64,000 nt of DNA from an uncultured Acidobacteriota bacterium (GCA_963702425.1 CAVPCQ010000011.1:128001-192000), one strand, 5' to 3'. Numbered from the stretch's first letter, positions 31,264-41,875 are shown. The notes: generated from the sequence alone by a model not told the origin. Numbers and translations are program-made.

Positions 31264-32372
31264 TTCTCCCAGGGCAGCCCGGGCTTTCCGAAGTGGCCGT
31301 AGTTGGTGGTCTTCGTGTAGAGCGGCTGCAGCAGCTTGAGCCGCTCGATGATCGCGTGCGGCCGGAAGTCGAACTTCTCGCGCACGAAAGCCGCCGCCTT
31401 GTCGGGGTCACCGGTGCCGAACGTCTCGACCAGCACCGACATCGGCTGGGCGCGGCCGATCGCGTAGGCGACCTGGATCTCGGCTCGCCGCGCGAGCTTG
31501 TGCCGGACCAGCTGGCGCGCGACGAAGCGGCAGAAGTAGGCGCTGGACCGGTCGACCTTCGAGGGGTCCTTGCCCGAGAACGCGCCGCCGCCGTGACGGG
31601 CGAAGCCGCCGTAGGTGTCGACGATGATCTTGCGGCCGGTCACGCCGGCATCGGCAGTGGGGCCGCCGATCTCGAAGGCCCCGGTCGGATTGACGAGGTA
31701 CTCGATCTTCCTGTGCGCCCAGTCGCCCAGCACCTGGGGCGCGAACTGTTCGACGATCCAGGACCGGATCTCCTTCGGCTTCGTCCCGTGCGCGTGCTGG
31801 GTCGAGACCAGAACCGACTCGACCTCGACCGGCCGGCCGTCCCGGTACTGCACGGTGACCTGCGTCTTGGCGTCGGGCCGCAGCCACTTCGGACCGTCGC
31901 CGTGCCGTGCCTCGGCCAGGGCGCGCGAGAGCTTGTGGGCCAGCAGGATCGGCAGCGGCATCAGTTCCGGCGTCTCGTCCGTCGCGTAGCCGAACATGAT
32001 CCCCTGGTCGCCGGCGCCCTGCTGGTCGGGGTCGGTGCGGTCCACCCCCTGAGCGATGTCGGCCGACTGCCGCGTCAGGTGGAGCTGCACCGAGACGCCG
32101 GCGGCGTTGAAGGACTCGCTCGGGTCGGTGTAACCGATCTTCTCGATCGTGTCGCGCACGAGCTTCTCGAAGTTCAGCCTGGCACCGGTCGTGATCTCGC
32201 CCCCCAGGATGACCTGGTTGCTCTTGCACATGACTTCGCAGGCGACGCGGCTGTGCTTGTCCTGCCTCAGGCACTCGTCGAGCACGGTGTCGGCGATCAG
32301 GTCGCAGACCTTGTCGGGGTGGCCTTCGGTCACGGACTCGGAGCTGAACAGGAACTCGTTCGTTTTCGCCAT
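31260..32372 (-). CDS. metK: S-adenosylmethionine synthetase
   Basis: SESVTEGHPDK, GAGDQG, TGRKIIVDTYG, GGGAFSGKDPSKVDRS. Confidence 0.98.
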   Translation of the reverse strand: MAKTNEFLFSSESVTEGHPDKVCDLIADTVLDECLRQDKHSRVACEVMCKSNQVILGGEITTGARLNFEKLVRDTIEKIGYTDPSESFNAAGVSVQLHLTRQSADIAQGVDRTDPDQQGAGDQGIMFGYATDETPELMPLPILLAHKLSRALAEARHGDGPKWLRPDAKTQVTVQYRDGRPVEVESVLVSTQHAHGTKPKEIRSWIVEQFAPQVLGDWAHRKIEYLVNPTGAFEIGGPTADAGVTGRKIIVDTYGGFARHGGGAFSGKDPSKVDRSSAYFCRFVARQLVRHKLARRAEIQVAYAIGRAQPMSVLVETFGTGDPDKAAAFVREKFDFRPHAIIERLKLLQPLYTKTTNYGHFGKPGLPWEK

Positions 32373-32462
32373 GGGGCTTTTTCCTTCTTCCGGGCGGGCC
32401 TCGGGCCCGCGAACGCTCGTTGGACTCGGATCCGCGGCCGCGCACCGGGGAACGCGGATCGA

Positions 32463-32593
32463 CCGGACACTTGGTTGCCCAGGCCTTCAGGACCGCATCC
32501 CCGAAACGAGCCCTTGCGGGACCGTCTCGGGATGGCACCTTGGGTGTCCGCCCAGGTTGCCGGACCCGGCGCCGGCCGGGTCGCTCCCGATGC
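32463..32593 (-). ncRNA. SAM-I/IV-type riboswitch upstream of metK
   Basis: Minus strand: P1 GCAUC/GAUGC; P2 GACCCGG/CCGGGUC; core GGCAACC...AGGUGCC; P4. The 3' GUGUCCG is complementary to L3 CGGACAC (PK-2). Confidence 0.8.
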
Positions 32594-32699
32594 AACGGCG
32601 CAAGATACCGTCCCGCGGCGACGCCATCAACACGCCGGGGGGCGCGCTCCGCTCCGGCCGCACCCCAGACCGCGCCCGCCGGCCAGCCGGCCGGCCCGG

Positions 32700-33680
32700 C
32701 CGGCCGGGGGTCGCCACCCCCCACCCCAACGACGGAGGAGAAGAAGGCGGCCGACGGCGGCTTCCCGGCATCGGACGGGGTCCCCGATCGCGAACCCTCC
32801 CCGGTCGAATCCGCCGAGTTTCAGGCGGTCGATCCGGGCGATCGCTGGCCGGTCGAGCAGATCGTCGCCGGCCGGTGGATCGAGGCCGGACCGACCAACA
32901 TCCCCGGCCCGGTCACCGGCCTGGCCCGGCCGGCGAACTCGCCCGGGTCGCTCCTGGTCGCCAACGCCGACGGCGGGCCGAGGCTCACGCGCGACAGCGG
33001 GGCGAGCTGGGAGCCGCTGACCGAGGGCGAGGCGACGCAGGCCTCGGCTCGGTCCAGGCCGATCCGGTCGATCCCCGGGTCTTCTAGTGGGGCACGGGCG
33101 AGTGGAACGGGGCAATCGACAACCACGACGGCGAGGTGATCGGCGGCCGCGATTCGGGCGTCTACGGCAGCACGAACCGCAGCCTCAACCGGGTGGGTGG
33201 CCACCGGGCAGGGCCTGCCCACCACGCAGTTCCACGGGGGCTGCGGCCACGATACCGACGGCGCGTGGCTCGCGGGCGGGACGGAGGACAGCGGCACCGA
33301 CCGGACCCGGACCGGCGAGTCCTGGCGCTGCATCCGCTGGGGCGACGGCGGGAACGGCTTCGCCGATGCCAGCTCGGGGGTCCGCAGCGACGACGCCGAA
33401 GGCGTGGGGCGGGATCTTCGAGCGCAACCCCTCATCCGGTCGAACGATCTACCTCGGCACCAGCCGCGTCTACCGCACGACCGACTTCCACACGGCGGCG
33501 TGGAAGGAGATCCTCGGGCCGGTCTACCGCAACCGGCTGGTGAGCGCGCTCGCGGTCTCTCCCGCCAACCGCAGCGCGCTCTGGGTGGGCTACGAGTGGG
33601 GCGGCCTGTACCGCTCGGCGGACGCACCGGCTGCGCTGGGACACCGAGGCCTGCGCGGCCGCGCGTTACCACCTCTCCTA
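32700..33680 (+). pseudogene. Fragmented remnant of a BNR/VPS10-like beta-propeller (glycosyl hydrolase-like) gene
   Basis: Disconnected motifs in three frames: WIEAGPTNIPG..; GLPTTQF..LAGGTEDSGT..WGDG; TIYLGTSRVYRT..VSALAVSP..LWVG..GGLYRS. Confidence 0.65.
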
Positions 33681-33807
33681 CGGCCCGCTCGGCGCGGTGG
33701 GCGACGCGGTCTACTCGGGGCAGGCGTGCGATGTCGGACGCGGCGGCGTGATCTCTCAGGAGCCGGCCGCGAGCTGTCCCTGAGCACGGGCTGGGCCTCC
33801 CCTCCCG

Positions 33808-34419
33808 TCAGCAGAGGTTCTGCGTGACGAAGACCTTCCCCCCGGCGGTGATCGACACCCCGATCCCCTGGCGCTCGAAGCCGCGCTTGAGCAGGTTCTC
33901 GCGGTGCCCCTCGCTGCTCATCCAGCCCTCGACGACCTGACGGGCGATCTCGTCCGCGCTCATCCACTGGTAGGAGCGCACCCCCGCCGAGCCGAAGGTG
34001 ACCGACGAGAAGACCGCCGACTGGAAGATGTTCTCGCCGAGGCCGTGGGTCACGTAGTTGCCGTGACTCCTGCGACAGGGATACCCGGCGTCGAGCCCGC
34101 GCCGCCCCGGGTCCTTTCCATCGGGCGAAGTGTGGTCGAAGAACTTGCGCGCCGCCATGTCGGCGGAATGGCGGCGCGCGATGTCGGCCAGTTTCAGGTC
34201 GGTGGCGAGCGGCGGCAGCCCGGCCCGCACGCGCTCTGCATTGACCAGCTCGGCGACGCGCGCTTCGACCACCGCCGACTCGACGCCCGACCACGCGGCG
34301 ACGTCGATCGTTCCGTCCGACTGCGCGCGGAGCGGGGTCGCGCCGGGCCACGCCGCGACCAGCGCGACCAGCGCGGCGAACGCGCTCCAACGGGCCGGCG
34401 CGGGCCGGCGGAGGCTCAC
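33808..34419 (-). CDS. Secreted CAP/SCP domain protein
   Basis: VNAERVRAGLPPL, ARRHSADMA..FFDH, GENI, WMSSEGHRENLL. GTGA overlap. Confidence 0.9.
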   Translation of the reverse strand: MSLRRPAPARWSAFAALVALVAAWPGATPLRAQSDGTIDVAAWSGVESAVVEARVAELVNAERVRAGLPPLATDLKLADIARRHSADMAARKFFDHTSPDGKDPGRRGLDAGYPCRRSHGNYVTHGLGENIFQSAVFSSVTFGSAGVRSYQWMSADEIARQVVEGWMSSEGHRENLLKRGFERQGIGVSITAGGKVFVTQNLC

Positions 34420-35549
34420 GGCGCTTCCTTTGCGGGCGGGGCTTGGCGGCCGAAGTGACGGCGCGCTCCCACGAGGTCCTGCGCCCGCCCAAGCACGACG
34501 ACCGTCTCCCCCGCGCGCAGGCGGTGGGCGCCGGGCGGGTTGAAGACGACCTCCTCGGACCCCGGCTCGCGAGCCGCGACGACGAGCAGCCGTCCGAAGC
34601 GGCGCACGTCGGCTTCGGCGAGCGACTTGCCGTCGACGTCGCTGCCGGACTCGACGACCAGTTCCTCGAAGCGGTACGGGTCCTCCGGCTCGCGCAGCAT
34701 CCGCTCGATGAAGGTCATGACGGTCGGGCTGAGCAGCTCGCCGACCAGCCGGCGGCCACCGATCGCGGTCGTGTTGACCACCGCGTCGGCGCCGGCCGCG
34801 CCCAGCTTGTTCCGCGCGAAGTCGTCCACGCCCTTGCTGACGATCCGCAGGCGGGGGTTGAGCGCCCGCGCCGACAGCGTGACGAACACGTTGTCCTTGT
34901 CGTCGGTCAGCGCCGCGACCAGTCCCGTGGCGCGCTCGATGCCGGCCTCGCGCAGCACGGCGTCGTCGTCCGCACGACCGACGACGTAGAGGAATCCGCC
35001 GAGCTGCTGGAACACGTGCCGCAGCCGGTCCGCGTCCTTGTCGATCGCCACGAAGGGCGTTCCCAGCTCGCGCAGCTCCTCGACGCAGTGCATCCCGGTC
35101 GAGCCGACCCCGCAGACGATGACGTGGCCGGCCAGTTTGGCGATGTCGCGATCCATGCGGCGCCTCCGGAAGACGTCGGTGAAGAGCCCGTCCACGATCA
35201 GGGCAGTCGAGTTGGTGATCAGGAAGGCCGGGACGGCCACCCCGACGACGGCGAGGAGCATCGTGAACAGCGTCGCTCCCGGCAGCCCCTTGATGTCGAG
35301 CCAGTCGCCGTAGCCGATCGTGGAGAGCGTGATCACGGTCATGAACAGGCAGTTGAGCAGCGTCCACTGCTCCCGCCCGTGGTAGAGCCCGATCGCGTAG
35401 TAGATCAGGGTCGAGGCCACGATCACGAGGAGCAGGACGATCGCGCCCTGCCGCACGAGGCGGAGCGGCTCGTAGCGGGATGGGCGGGACGCCGCACGGG
35501 GTCGTGAAGGGGACGTCGCGCGCGGCCTGAAACTCGACATCAACCGCAT
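34416..35549 (-). CDS. Potassium channel protein with RCK (TrkA-N/C) domains
   Basis: Selectivity filter TLSTIGYGD; HVIVCGVGSTG; LSARALNP. Confidence 0.92.
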   Translation of the reverse strand: MRLMSSFRPRATSPSRPRAASRPSRYEPLRLVRQGAIVLLLVIVASTLIYYAIGLYHGREQWTLLNCLFMTVITLSTIGYGDWLDIKGLPGATLFTMLLAVVGVAVPAFLITNSTALIVDGLFTDVFRRRRMDRDIAKLAGHVIVCGVGSTGMHCVEELRELGTPFVAIDKDADRLRHVFQQLGGFLYVVGRADDDAVLREAGIERATGLVAALTDDKDNVFVTLSARALNPRLRIVSKGVDDFARNKLGAAGADAVVNTTAIGGRRLVGELLSPTVMTFIERMLREPEDPYRFEELVVESGSDVDGKSLAEADVRRFGRLLVVAAREPGSEEVVFNPPGAHRLRAGETVVVLGRAQDLVGARRHFGRQAPPAKEAP

Positions 35550-35788
35550 TCTACGCGCGCGTCCCTCGAGGCGGCGCCGCTGGAACTGCGGCCCCGCGCC
35601 GGCGTCGGAGGTGCAGGGCGCAGCGCCCGCGAACAGGGTGCGCCCGGGTCTCTCGTGTTCCTGAATGTCCGTAAGTGTTCACAATAGCCGTCCGGACTCC
35701 CCGGCCCGGAATATCGGCTCGCGCGCCCTGCCGGCTCGGCGAACACTTAGAGGCGTCCGGGGACGCTCTGCGGGGGGCGGGAGAACCG

Positions 35789-35944
35789 GTGATAGTTACC
35801 ATCGTCTGTCACTGCGGGAACCACAACCAGGTCTCGGAGCACGAACTCGAGGTGGCGCACTGCTCGCGCTGCTTCCGACTCCTGCTGCCCGCGTCGAGGG
35901 TCGCACCCGAGGCCTCGGCGGCCAGCCTGCCGTCGCACCCGTAG
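35789..35944 (+). CDS. Putative 51-aa zinc-ribbon protein
   Basis: GGGAG RBS and GTG start; IVCHCGNHN...AHCSRCFRLL (CxC...CxxC). Confidence 0.5.
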   Translation: MIVTIVCHCGNHNQVSEHELEVAHCSRCFRLLLPASRVAPEASAASLPSHP

Positions 35945-35991
35945 CGGTTCTCCGTGGCGCTCCGGCGCCCGGGTGAGCAGAATCGACGGTC

Positions 35992-37677
35992 GTGAAGGAA
36001 TCGCCGAAGGAACTCGCCGCCCAACGCCTCCGCCTGCTGGCCCTCCCCCCTCGCGAGCGGGTCGCCGCGATCGAGGATGCCCCGAACCCGGGTGAGCTGG
36101 TCCGTGCGCTTCCGGCGCAGGACCTGTTCCTGACGCTCGTCGAGACCGGCTTCGACGACGCGCTGGTGCTGCTCGAGCACGCCAGCGTGCCGCAGGTCGA
36201 GTTCCTGTTCGACCTGGGCGCGTGGGACCGCGATGCGTTCGACCCCACGCGCTTCTCCCGCTGGCTGTCGGCAGTCGCGACCGCCAACCCGGAACGCGTC
36301 GCCCGCTGGCTCCTCGATGGGGACGAGGCGGCCGTCGTGCTGGCGCTGGCGAGCGTGTTCCACGTCTTCAAGCTCGACGAGTCGAGCGACCCCGCCTTCT
36401 GGCCCCCGGATCGCCCGCTCTCGACGCTCGATGGGACCTACTTCGTCGAACCGCGGGACGAGGTGCCGGACGAGGCGGCCGTGGCGCTGTGGGATGCCCT
36501 GGCGCGGCTGCGCTCCACCCACTCGCCGGCCTTCGAGGCCCTGCTCGAGCAGGTGATGTGGGCTGTCCCGGCCGAGCGCGAGGAGGAGGCCTACGAGCGC
36601 CGCGCCTCGCGCCTGGCGGAGAAGGGCTTCCCGCCGTTCGACGAGGCGATCGAGGTCTGGGCGGCGGGTCGGGAGGCCGATCCGGCCGTTCGGCGGCAGG
36701 CCGCGGACCGGGCGGTCGCGGCCGCCGCGTCGCACCTGATGAACGCCGCGCCGGCTCCAGCCGAGACCGCGCGCCATCTCCCCGCGCCGGTCGCCGAAGC
36801 GGGCCGAGCGCTCGCGCAGGCGGTCGCCGGACTCGATCCGGTCGAGCAGCACCGCGTCCTGGCCGACCTGCTTCGGGTCGGCAACCGCTTCGCGGTCTCC
36901 GGCCTCGGCGACCTCGGTGAGATCGAAACCCACCGCGAGGGGCTGCGGATCGCGCTCTCGCACGCCAGTCTCGGGCTGCACGAGCTGGGCGGCGTGCGCG
37001 CCGGCGCACTCGGCCCGGCGCTGCTGGCGACGGTCCCGGTGCCGGACCTGGTCCGCGCGGGGACCGGCGCGGTGATGGAGCGCGCCGAGCGTGCGCGGCG
37101 ACTCGCGGCCGGCTGGCTGTCTCGCGTCCCCGGCAGCCGGCAGCGACTCGACCCGGAAAGCGAGGAGATGCTCGCCGCGCTGCTCTCGCCGCGCCCGGCC
37201 TTCGGTGCCGCCGGAATGGCGACACGCCCCTTCCGGAGCCCGGAGGATCTCGCGGCCGCAGACGAGGCGCTCGACGCGACCGAGGCGCTCGGCCGGTTCG
37301 TTGAGGAGCGGCTGGGGGTCAACCACGACGGGCGCTGGCCCGAGCTCGACCCCCTTCCCGCGGCGCGGGGGGGCCCGCTGGACCTCGACTGGCCGGCGGT
37401 GGCGCTGACCGCGATCGCGCGCGCGGCGCTCGGCGAGCCAGCCCGTCCGCGGCCGCTCAGCCCGGACGAGGCGCGCCGCGCGCTCGCCCTGCTGCTCGAG
37501 GGCGAGGATCCGCGCCGGCCGGCGGCGCGCCTGTTCGAGATCGCGGAGGGACTGGGCCTCGGCGCGGCGGCGAGTCACCTGGGACGGCGGCTCGCGGACG
37601 AACTGAGCGAACTGCCGCCGGACGACGCTCCCGATCCGCGGTTCGTACGCTCGCTGCTGCTGCGCTGGAACGATTGA
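35992..37677 (+). CDS. Conserved hypothetical protein (DUF6178-like)
   Basis: LVRALPAQDLF...DLGAW..D...EEEAYERRASRLAEKGFP pattern; family name from recollection. Confidence 0.65.
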   Translation: MKESPKELAAQRLRLLALPPRERVAAIEDAPNPGELVRALPAQDLFLTLVETGFDDALVLLEHASVPQVEFLFDLGAWDRDAFDPTRFSRWLSAVATANPERVARWLLDGDEAAVVLALASVFHVFKLDESSDPAFWPPDRPLSTLDGTYFVEPRDEVPDEAAVALWDALARLRSTHSPAFEALLEQVMWAVPAEREEEAYERRASRLAEKGFPPFDEAIEVWAAGREADPAVRRQAADRAVAAAASHLMNAAPAPAETARHLPAPVAEAGRALAQAVAGLDPVEQHRVLADLLRVGNRFAVSGLGDLGEIETHREGLRIALSHASLGLHELGGVRAGALGPALLATVPVPDLVRAGTGAVMERAERARRLAAGWLSRVPGSRQRLDPESEEMLAALLSPRPAFGAAGMATRPFRSPEDLAAADEALDATEALGRFVEERLGVNHDGRWPELDPLPAARGGPLDLDWPAVALTAIARAALGEPARPRPLSPDEARRALALLLEGEDPRRPAARLFEIAEGLGLGAAASHLGRRLADELSELPPDDAPDPRFVRSLLLRWND

Positions 37678-37687
37678 TCGAACACGC

Positions 37688-37762
37688 TGGAGGCGCCGGT
37701 CGGAATCGAACCGACGAATAAGGGTTTTGCAGACCCTCGCCTTACCACTTGGCTACGGCGCC
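37688..37762 (-). tRNA. tRNA-Cys (GCA)
   Basis: GGCGCCGTAGCCAAGTGGTAAGGCGAGGGTCTGCAAAACCCT...GGTTCGATTCC...GGCGCCTCCA, with encoded CCA. Confidence 0.97.
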
Positions 37763-37836
37763 GAGAGCGAAAACCGGAGGATAATCCCCGTCGCCCGGCG
37801 CCGTCAAAAGGCCCGGACCGTCGGAGGTTCCGCCCC

Positions 37837-39384
37837 GTGCAGCCCCAACCCTCGTCCCCCGCAGCGCCCGACGCCACGCTGACCAGCATCGCGCCCGGGT
37901 CCCTGGCCGCGCGCGACGCGATCCTCCCCGAGCCGGCGACCGTCGTCATCTTCGGCGCCAGCGGCGACCTGGCCCGGCGCAAGCTGCTGCCGTCGCTCTA
38001 CTACCTCTTCCGGCAGGGGCTGCTCCCGGAGGGTACGCGGATCCTCGGACTGGCCCGCGAGACCGGCCCGCGCGAGTCGGTCGTCCAGGCCCTCGAGGAG
38101 TCGATCCGGACCCACGCCGCCCCGAGCTACGACGCCGGGACCTTCGCCCGGTTCGCGGAACGCGTCTCGTATCTCGGCGGCGCCTTCGACAACCCGCTGA
38201 CCTTCGACGCACTGAAGATGGAGCTCGCGGGATCGACGGGAGAGGGAGCGACGCTCGGCAACCGCCTCTTCTACCTCTCGGTGCCGCCGGGGATCGTTCT
38301 GGCGATCCTGGACCAGCTCTCCGCGCGCGGACTGCTGCGGCGTGGCGGCACGACCCCCTGGACGCGGGTCGTGTTCGAGAAGCCCTACGGCACCGACCTG
38401 GCCTCCGCCCTCGCACTCGACGCCGAGGTCCACCGCCACCTCGACGAGTCGCAGATCTACCGGATCGACCACTACCTGGGCAAGGAGACGGTCCAGAACA
38501 TCCTGGTCTTCCGCTTCGCGAACGCGATCTTCGAGCCGCTGTGGAACCGCAAGTACGTCGACCACGTGCAGATCACGGCGTCGGAGACGCTGGGGGTCGA
38601 GGGGCGCGGGAAGTTCTACGAGGAGGCCGGGGTCCTGCGCGACGTCGTGCAGAACCACCTACTCGAGGTCCTCTCGCTCTGCGCCATGGAAGCCCCCCTC
38701 TCCTTCGGGGCCGACGACGTGCGGGACGAAAAGGTCAAGGTGCTGCGCGCGCTCCGGCCGATCTACCCGGGGGAGTTCACCGAGCGCGTCGTGATGGCCC
38801 AGTACGACGGCTACCGCGCCGAGCCCAGCGTCGCCCCCGACTCGCGCACGCCGACCTACGCGGCGCTGCAGGTCTTCGTCGAGAACTGGCGCTGGCAGGG
38901 CGTGCCGTTCTACCTGCGCGCCGGAAAGAAGCTGAAGAGCCGCAGCACCGAGGTCGCCGTCTACTTCCAGCCGATTCCGCTCTGCCTGTTTCCGGACCGC
39001 GAGCTGTGCGCGCTCGTCCGCCCCAACGTGCTGACGATGAAGATCCAGCCCGACGAGGGGATCAAGCTCAGCTTCGCCGCCAAGACGCCGGGCGAGCAGC
39101 TGGCCATCTCCGAGGTGACGATGGACTTCTCGTACGCGCGCAGCTTCGGCGTGCCGCTGGCCGACGCCTACGCGCAGTTGCTGCTCGACGCGATGCGCGG
39201 CGACGCCACGCGCTTCGCCCGCACCGACAGCGTCGTCGCCGCCTGGCGCTGGGTGACGCCGATCCTCGACTGGTGGGGCTCGCCGGATGCGCCGCCGCCC
39301 GTGACCTATCCGTCGGGAAGCGCCGGCCCGCGCGAGGCCGATGCGCTCCTCCTCCCCGGCGGTGACGCCTGGCAACCGCTCTGA
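37837..39384 (+). CDS. zwf: Glucose-6-phosphate dehydrogenase
   Basis: [35 protein letters not shown]. Confidence 0.97.
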   Translation: MQPQPSSPAAPDATLTSIAPGSLAARDAILPEPATVVIFGASGDLARRKLLPSLYYLFRQGLLPEGTRILGLARETGPRESVVQALEESIRTHAAPSYDAGTFARFAERVSYLGGAFDNPLTFDALKMELAGSTGEGATLGNRLFYLSVPPGIVLAILDQLSARGLLRRGGTTPWTRVVFEKPYGTDLASALALDAEVHRHLDESQIYRIDHYLGKETVQNILVFRFANAIFEPLWNRKYVDHVQITASETLGVEGRGKFYEEAGVLRDVVQNHLLEVLSLCAMEAPLSFGADDVRDEKVKVLRALRPIYPGEFTERVVMAQYDGYRAEPSVAPDSRTPTYAALQVFVENWRWQGVPFYLRAGKKLKSRSTEVAVYFQPIPLCLFPDRELCALVRPNVLTMKIQPDEGIKLSFAAKTPGEQLAISEVTMDFSYARSFGVPLADAYAQLLLDAMRGDATRFARTDSVVAAWRWVTPILDWWGSPDAPPPVTYPSGSAGPREADALLLPGGDAWQPL

Positions 39385-39392
39385 GCAGGGCC

Positions 39393-40097
39393 ATGGAAAG
39401 CTCGCGCGTCATCGTCCATCCCGATCGACCGGCGCTCGATGCCGGCGCGGCCACGCTGATCGTCGAGCGGCTGGCGGCGCTGCTCGCCGAGCGCGAGCGG
39501 GCTTCGTTGATGCTCTCGGGCGGCTCCACGCCGCGCGCGGTCTATCAGGCGCTCGCCACGCCGCCGCTCTCGGCCCGGCTGCCGTGGGACCGGATCGACT
39601 TCTACTTCGGCGACGAGCGGGCCGTGCCGCGCGAGGACCCGGAGAGCAACTACGGCATGGCACGCCGCGTGCTGTTCGACCCGCTCGGCGCCTCGCCGCG
39701 GCAGGTGTTCCGGATGGAGGCCGACGATTTCGACATCGAGGCCGCGGCGGAGCGCTACGGCGCGGTGCTTCCGGAGTCGATCGACCTGGTGCTGCTCGGC
39801 GTGGGCGCCGACGGCCATACCGCGTCGCTCTTTCCCGGACAGCCGGCGCTCGACGAGACCGCGCGTCGGGTCGTAGCCGTGCACGGACCGAAGCCCCCGG
39901 TGCTGCGCCTGACGGTCACTCCACCGGTGCTCGTGGAAGCGGGAGAGATCGTGGTCCTGGCGACCGGAGGCGACAAGGCCAAGGCGATCCAGCGCGCCTT
40001 TGAGGGGCCGTGGGACCCGATGATCTGCCCGGCGCAACTGGCGCGGCGCGGGACCTTCGTCCTGGACCGAGCGGCGGCGGCGCTGCTGGCGCGCTGA
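39393..40097 (+). CDS. pgl: 6-phosphogluconolactonase
   Basis: LSGGSTP, GDERAVP, LLGVGADGHTASLFP. Confidence 0.95.
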   Translation: MESSRVIVHPDRPALDAGAATLIVERLAALLAERERASLMLSGGSTPRAVYQALATPPLSARLPWDRIDFYFGDERAVPREDPESNYGMARRVLFDPLGASPRQVFRMEADDFDIEAAAERYGAVLPESIDLVLLGVGADGHTASLFPGQPALDETARRVVAVHGPKPPVLRLTVTPPVLVEAGEIVVLATGGDKAKAIQRAFEGPWDPMICPAQLARRGTFVLDRAAAALLAR

Positions 40098-40109
40098 CGG
40101 CAGCGCGAT

Positions 40110-40206
40110 CAGGCCGACCGCAGGGGCGCAGCGCCCGGACCTTGGCCACGAGCATCCGCATGCTGAACGGCTTGGTGAGGTCGTCGGCTGCCACGAGGAT
40201 CTTCAT
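40110..40206 (-). pseudogene. Collapsed remnant of an OmpR-like response regulator receiver domain
   Basis: ATGA-coupled to the cysW stop. MKILVA is joined directly to ADDLTKPFSMRMLVAKVRAL, the first and last elements of a REC domain. Confidence 0.6.
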
Positions 40207-41045
40207 TCGTGCGTCCTCCACTCGAGGAACGTCTTGGCGACCAGCGTCACGACCGCCAGGAGGGTCAGGAGCGACGCCACGGCGAACGCGGCGGCCATCT
40301 GGTACTCGTTGTAGAGGATCTCGACGTGCAGCGGCAGCGTCGTCGTCTCTCCGCGGATGTGTCCCGACACGACCGACACCGCGCCGAACTCGCCCATCGC
40401 CCGCGCGTTGCAGAGCACGATGCCGAACAGCAGGCCCCACTTCATCTTCGGCAGGCTGATGCGGCGGAACATCTGCCAGCCGCTCGCCCCGAGCGTGAGC
40501 GCGGCCTGCTCCTCGTCGCTCCCCTGTCCGCGCATCACCGGGATCAGCTCCCGCGCCACGAACGGCGCGGTCACGAAGGCGGTCGCGAGCACGATCCCCG
40601 GCAGCGCGAAGATGACCTTGACGTCGTGCTCGGCGAGCCACCCGCCGAGCAGCCCGTTGGCCCCGAAGAGCAGCACGAACAGCATCCCGGAGACGACCGG
40701 CGAGACGCTGAATGGCAGGTCGATCAGCGTCGTCAACAGGTGCCGGCCGCGGAACTCGAATTTCGCGACCGCCCAGGCCGCCGCCACCCCGAACAGGGCG
40801 TTGACCGGCACGACGATCGCCGCGGTGAGGAGCGTCAGGCGAATGGCCGCGCGGGCCATCGGGTCGGCCAGCGCCGCGAAGTAGACCGCCGGTCCCTTCA
40901 TCAGCGCCTCGACGAAGACGGTCAGGAGCGGAAGGACGAGGAACAGCGCCAGGAAGCCGAGCGCCGCCCCGATGAGCAGCCGGCGCACGAGCGGCGGCTC
41001 GTCCAGGTGGCGGGAGCGGGCTTGCTCCCGCCCCGCGTCAGGCAC
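40203..41045 (-). CDS. cysW: Sulfate ABC transporter permease CysW
   Basis: LIDLPFSVSPVVSG, PFVARELIP, NARAMGEFGAVSVVSG. Confidence 0.95.
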   Translation of the reverse strand: MPDAGREQARSRHLDEPPLVRRLLIGAALGFLALFLVLPLLTVFVEALMKGPAVYFAALADPMARAAIRLTLLTAAIVVPVNALFGVAAAWAVAKFEFRGRHLLTTLIDLPFSVSPVVSGMLFVLLFGANGLLGGWLAEHDVKVIFALPGIVLATAFVTAPFVARELIPVMRGQGSDEEQAALTLGASGWQMFRRISLPKMKWGLLFGIVLCNARAMGEFGAVSVVSGHIRGETTTLPLHVEILYNEYQMAAAFAVASLLTLLAVVTLVAKTFLEWRTHE

Positions 41046-41875
41046 CCTGCGCACGCGATCCCCTCGTCCAAGCCAGCCGGTTGAGGGCCAGCAGCATCGC
41101 GAACGACGCCAGCAGGAAGACCAGCGCGATCGCCGTCGCCCCGGCGGTAGTCGAACTGCTCGAGCTTGATCATGATCAGGAGCGGCGTGATCTCCGAGCG
41201 CATCGGCATGTTCCCGGCGATGAAGATCACCGAGCCGTACTCGCCCAGGCCGCGGGCGAAGGCCAGCACGAAGCCGGTCAGCGCGGCCGGCCTGAGCTCG
41301 GGCAGCAGGACGCGGCGCACGATCTGCAGCCGGCCGGCGCCGAGGCTGGCCGCGGCTTCCTCGAGGTCGGCCGGGAGGTCGCGCAGCACCGGCTGCACCG
41401 TCCGAACCACGAACGGGAGGCCGATGAAGGTCAGGGCGACCACGACGCCGAGCGGGGTGTAGGCGACCTTGATCCCGAGCGGCTCCAGGAACCGGCCGAG
41501 CACGCCGCTCTTGGCGAAGATCGCCGTCAGCGCGATGCCGGCCACCGCCGTCGGGAGCGCGAACGGGAGGTCGACGAGGCCGTCGATCAGCCGGCGTCCC
41601 GGGAAGCGGTAGCGCTCCAGGACCCAGGCCACGAGCAGCCCCATCACGAGGTTGATCAGCGCCGCGACGAGCGCGGCCCCGACGCTCAACCGGTAGCTGG
41701 CAAGCGCGCGCGGCGAGGAGACGGCCGCCCAGAAGTCCGCGAGCGTGAGCGACGCCGATTTCAGGACGAGGGTCGACAGCGGGATCAGGATGAGCAGGCC
41801 GAGGTAGCTCAGCGTCACCCCCATCGCCAGCCCGAAGCCCGGCAGCGGGCCCCGCCGCGCGCGGCGCCAGGCCAC
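41038..41875 (-). CDS. cysT: Sulfate ABC transporter permease CysT (frameshift near 41140)
   Basis: VDLPFALPTAVAG, LPFVVRTVQPVL, GEYGSVIFIAGN. Confidence 0.93.

Noticed and set aside
37688-37762. tRNA-Cys as an integration site for a prophage or island
   Set aside because: No integrase and no duplicated tRNA 3' end were found, and the flanking genes look like core genes.
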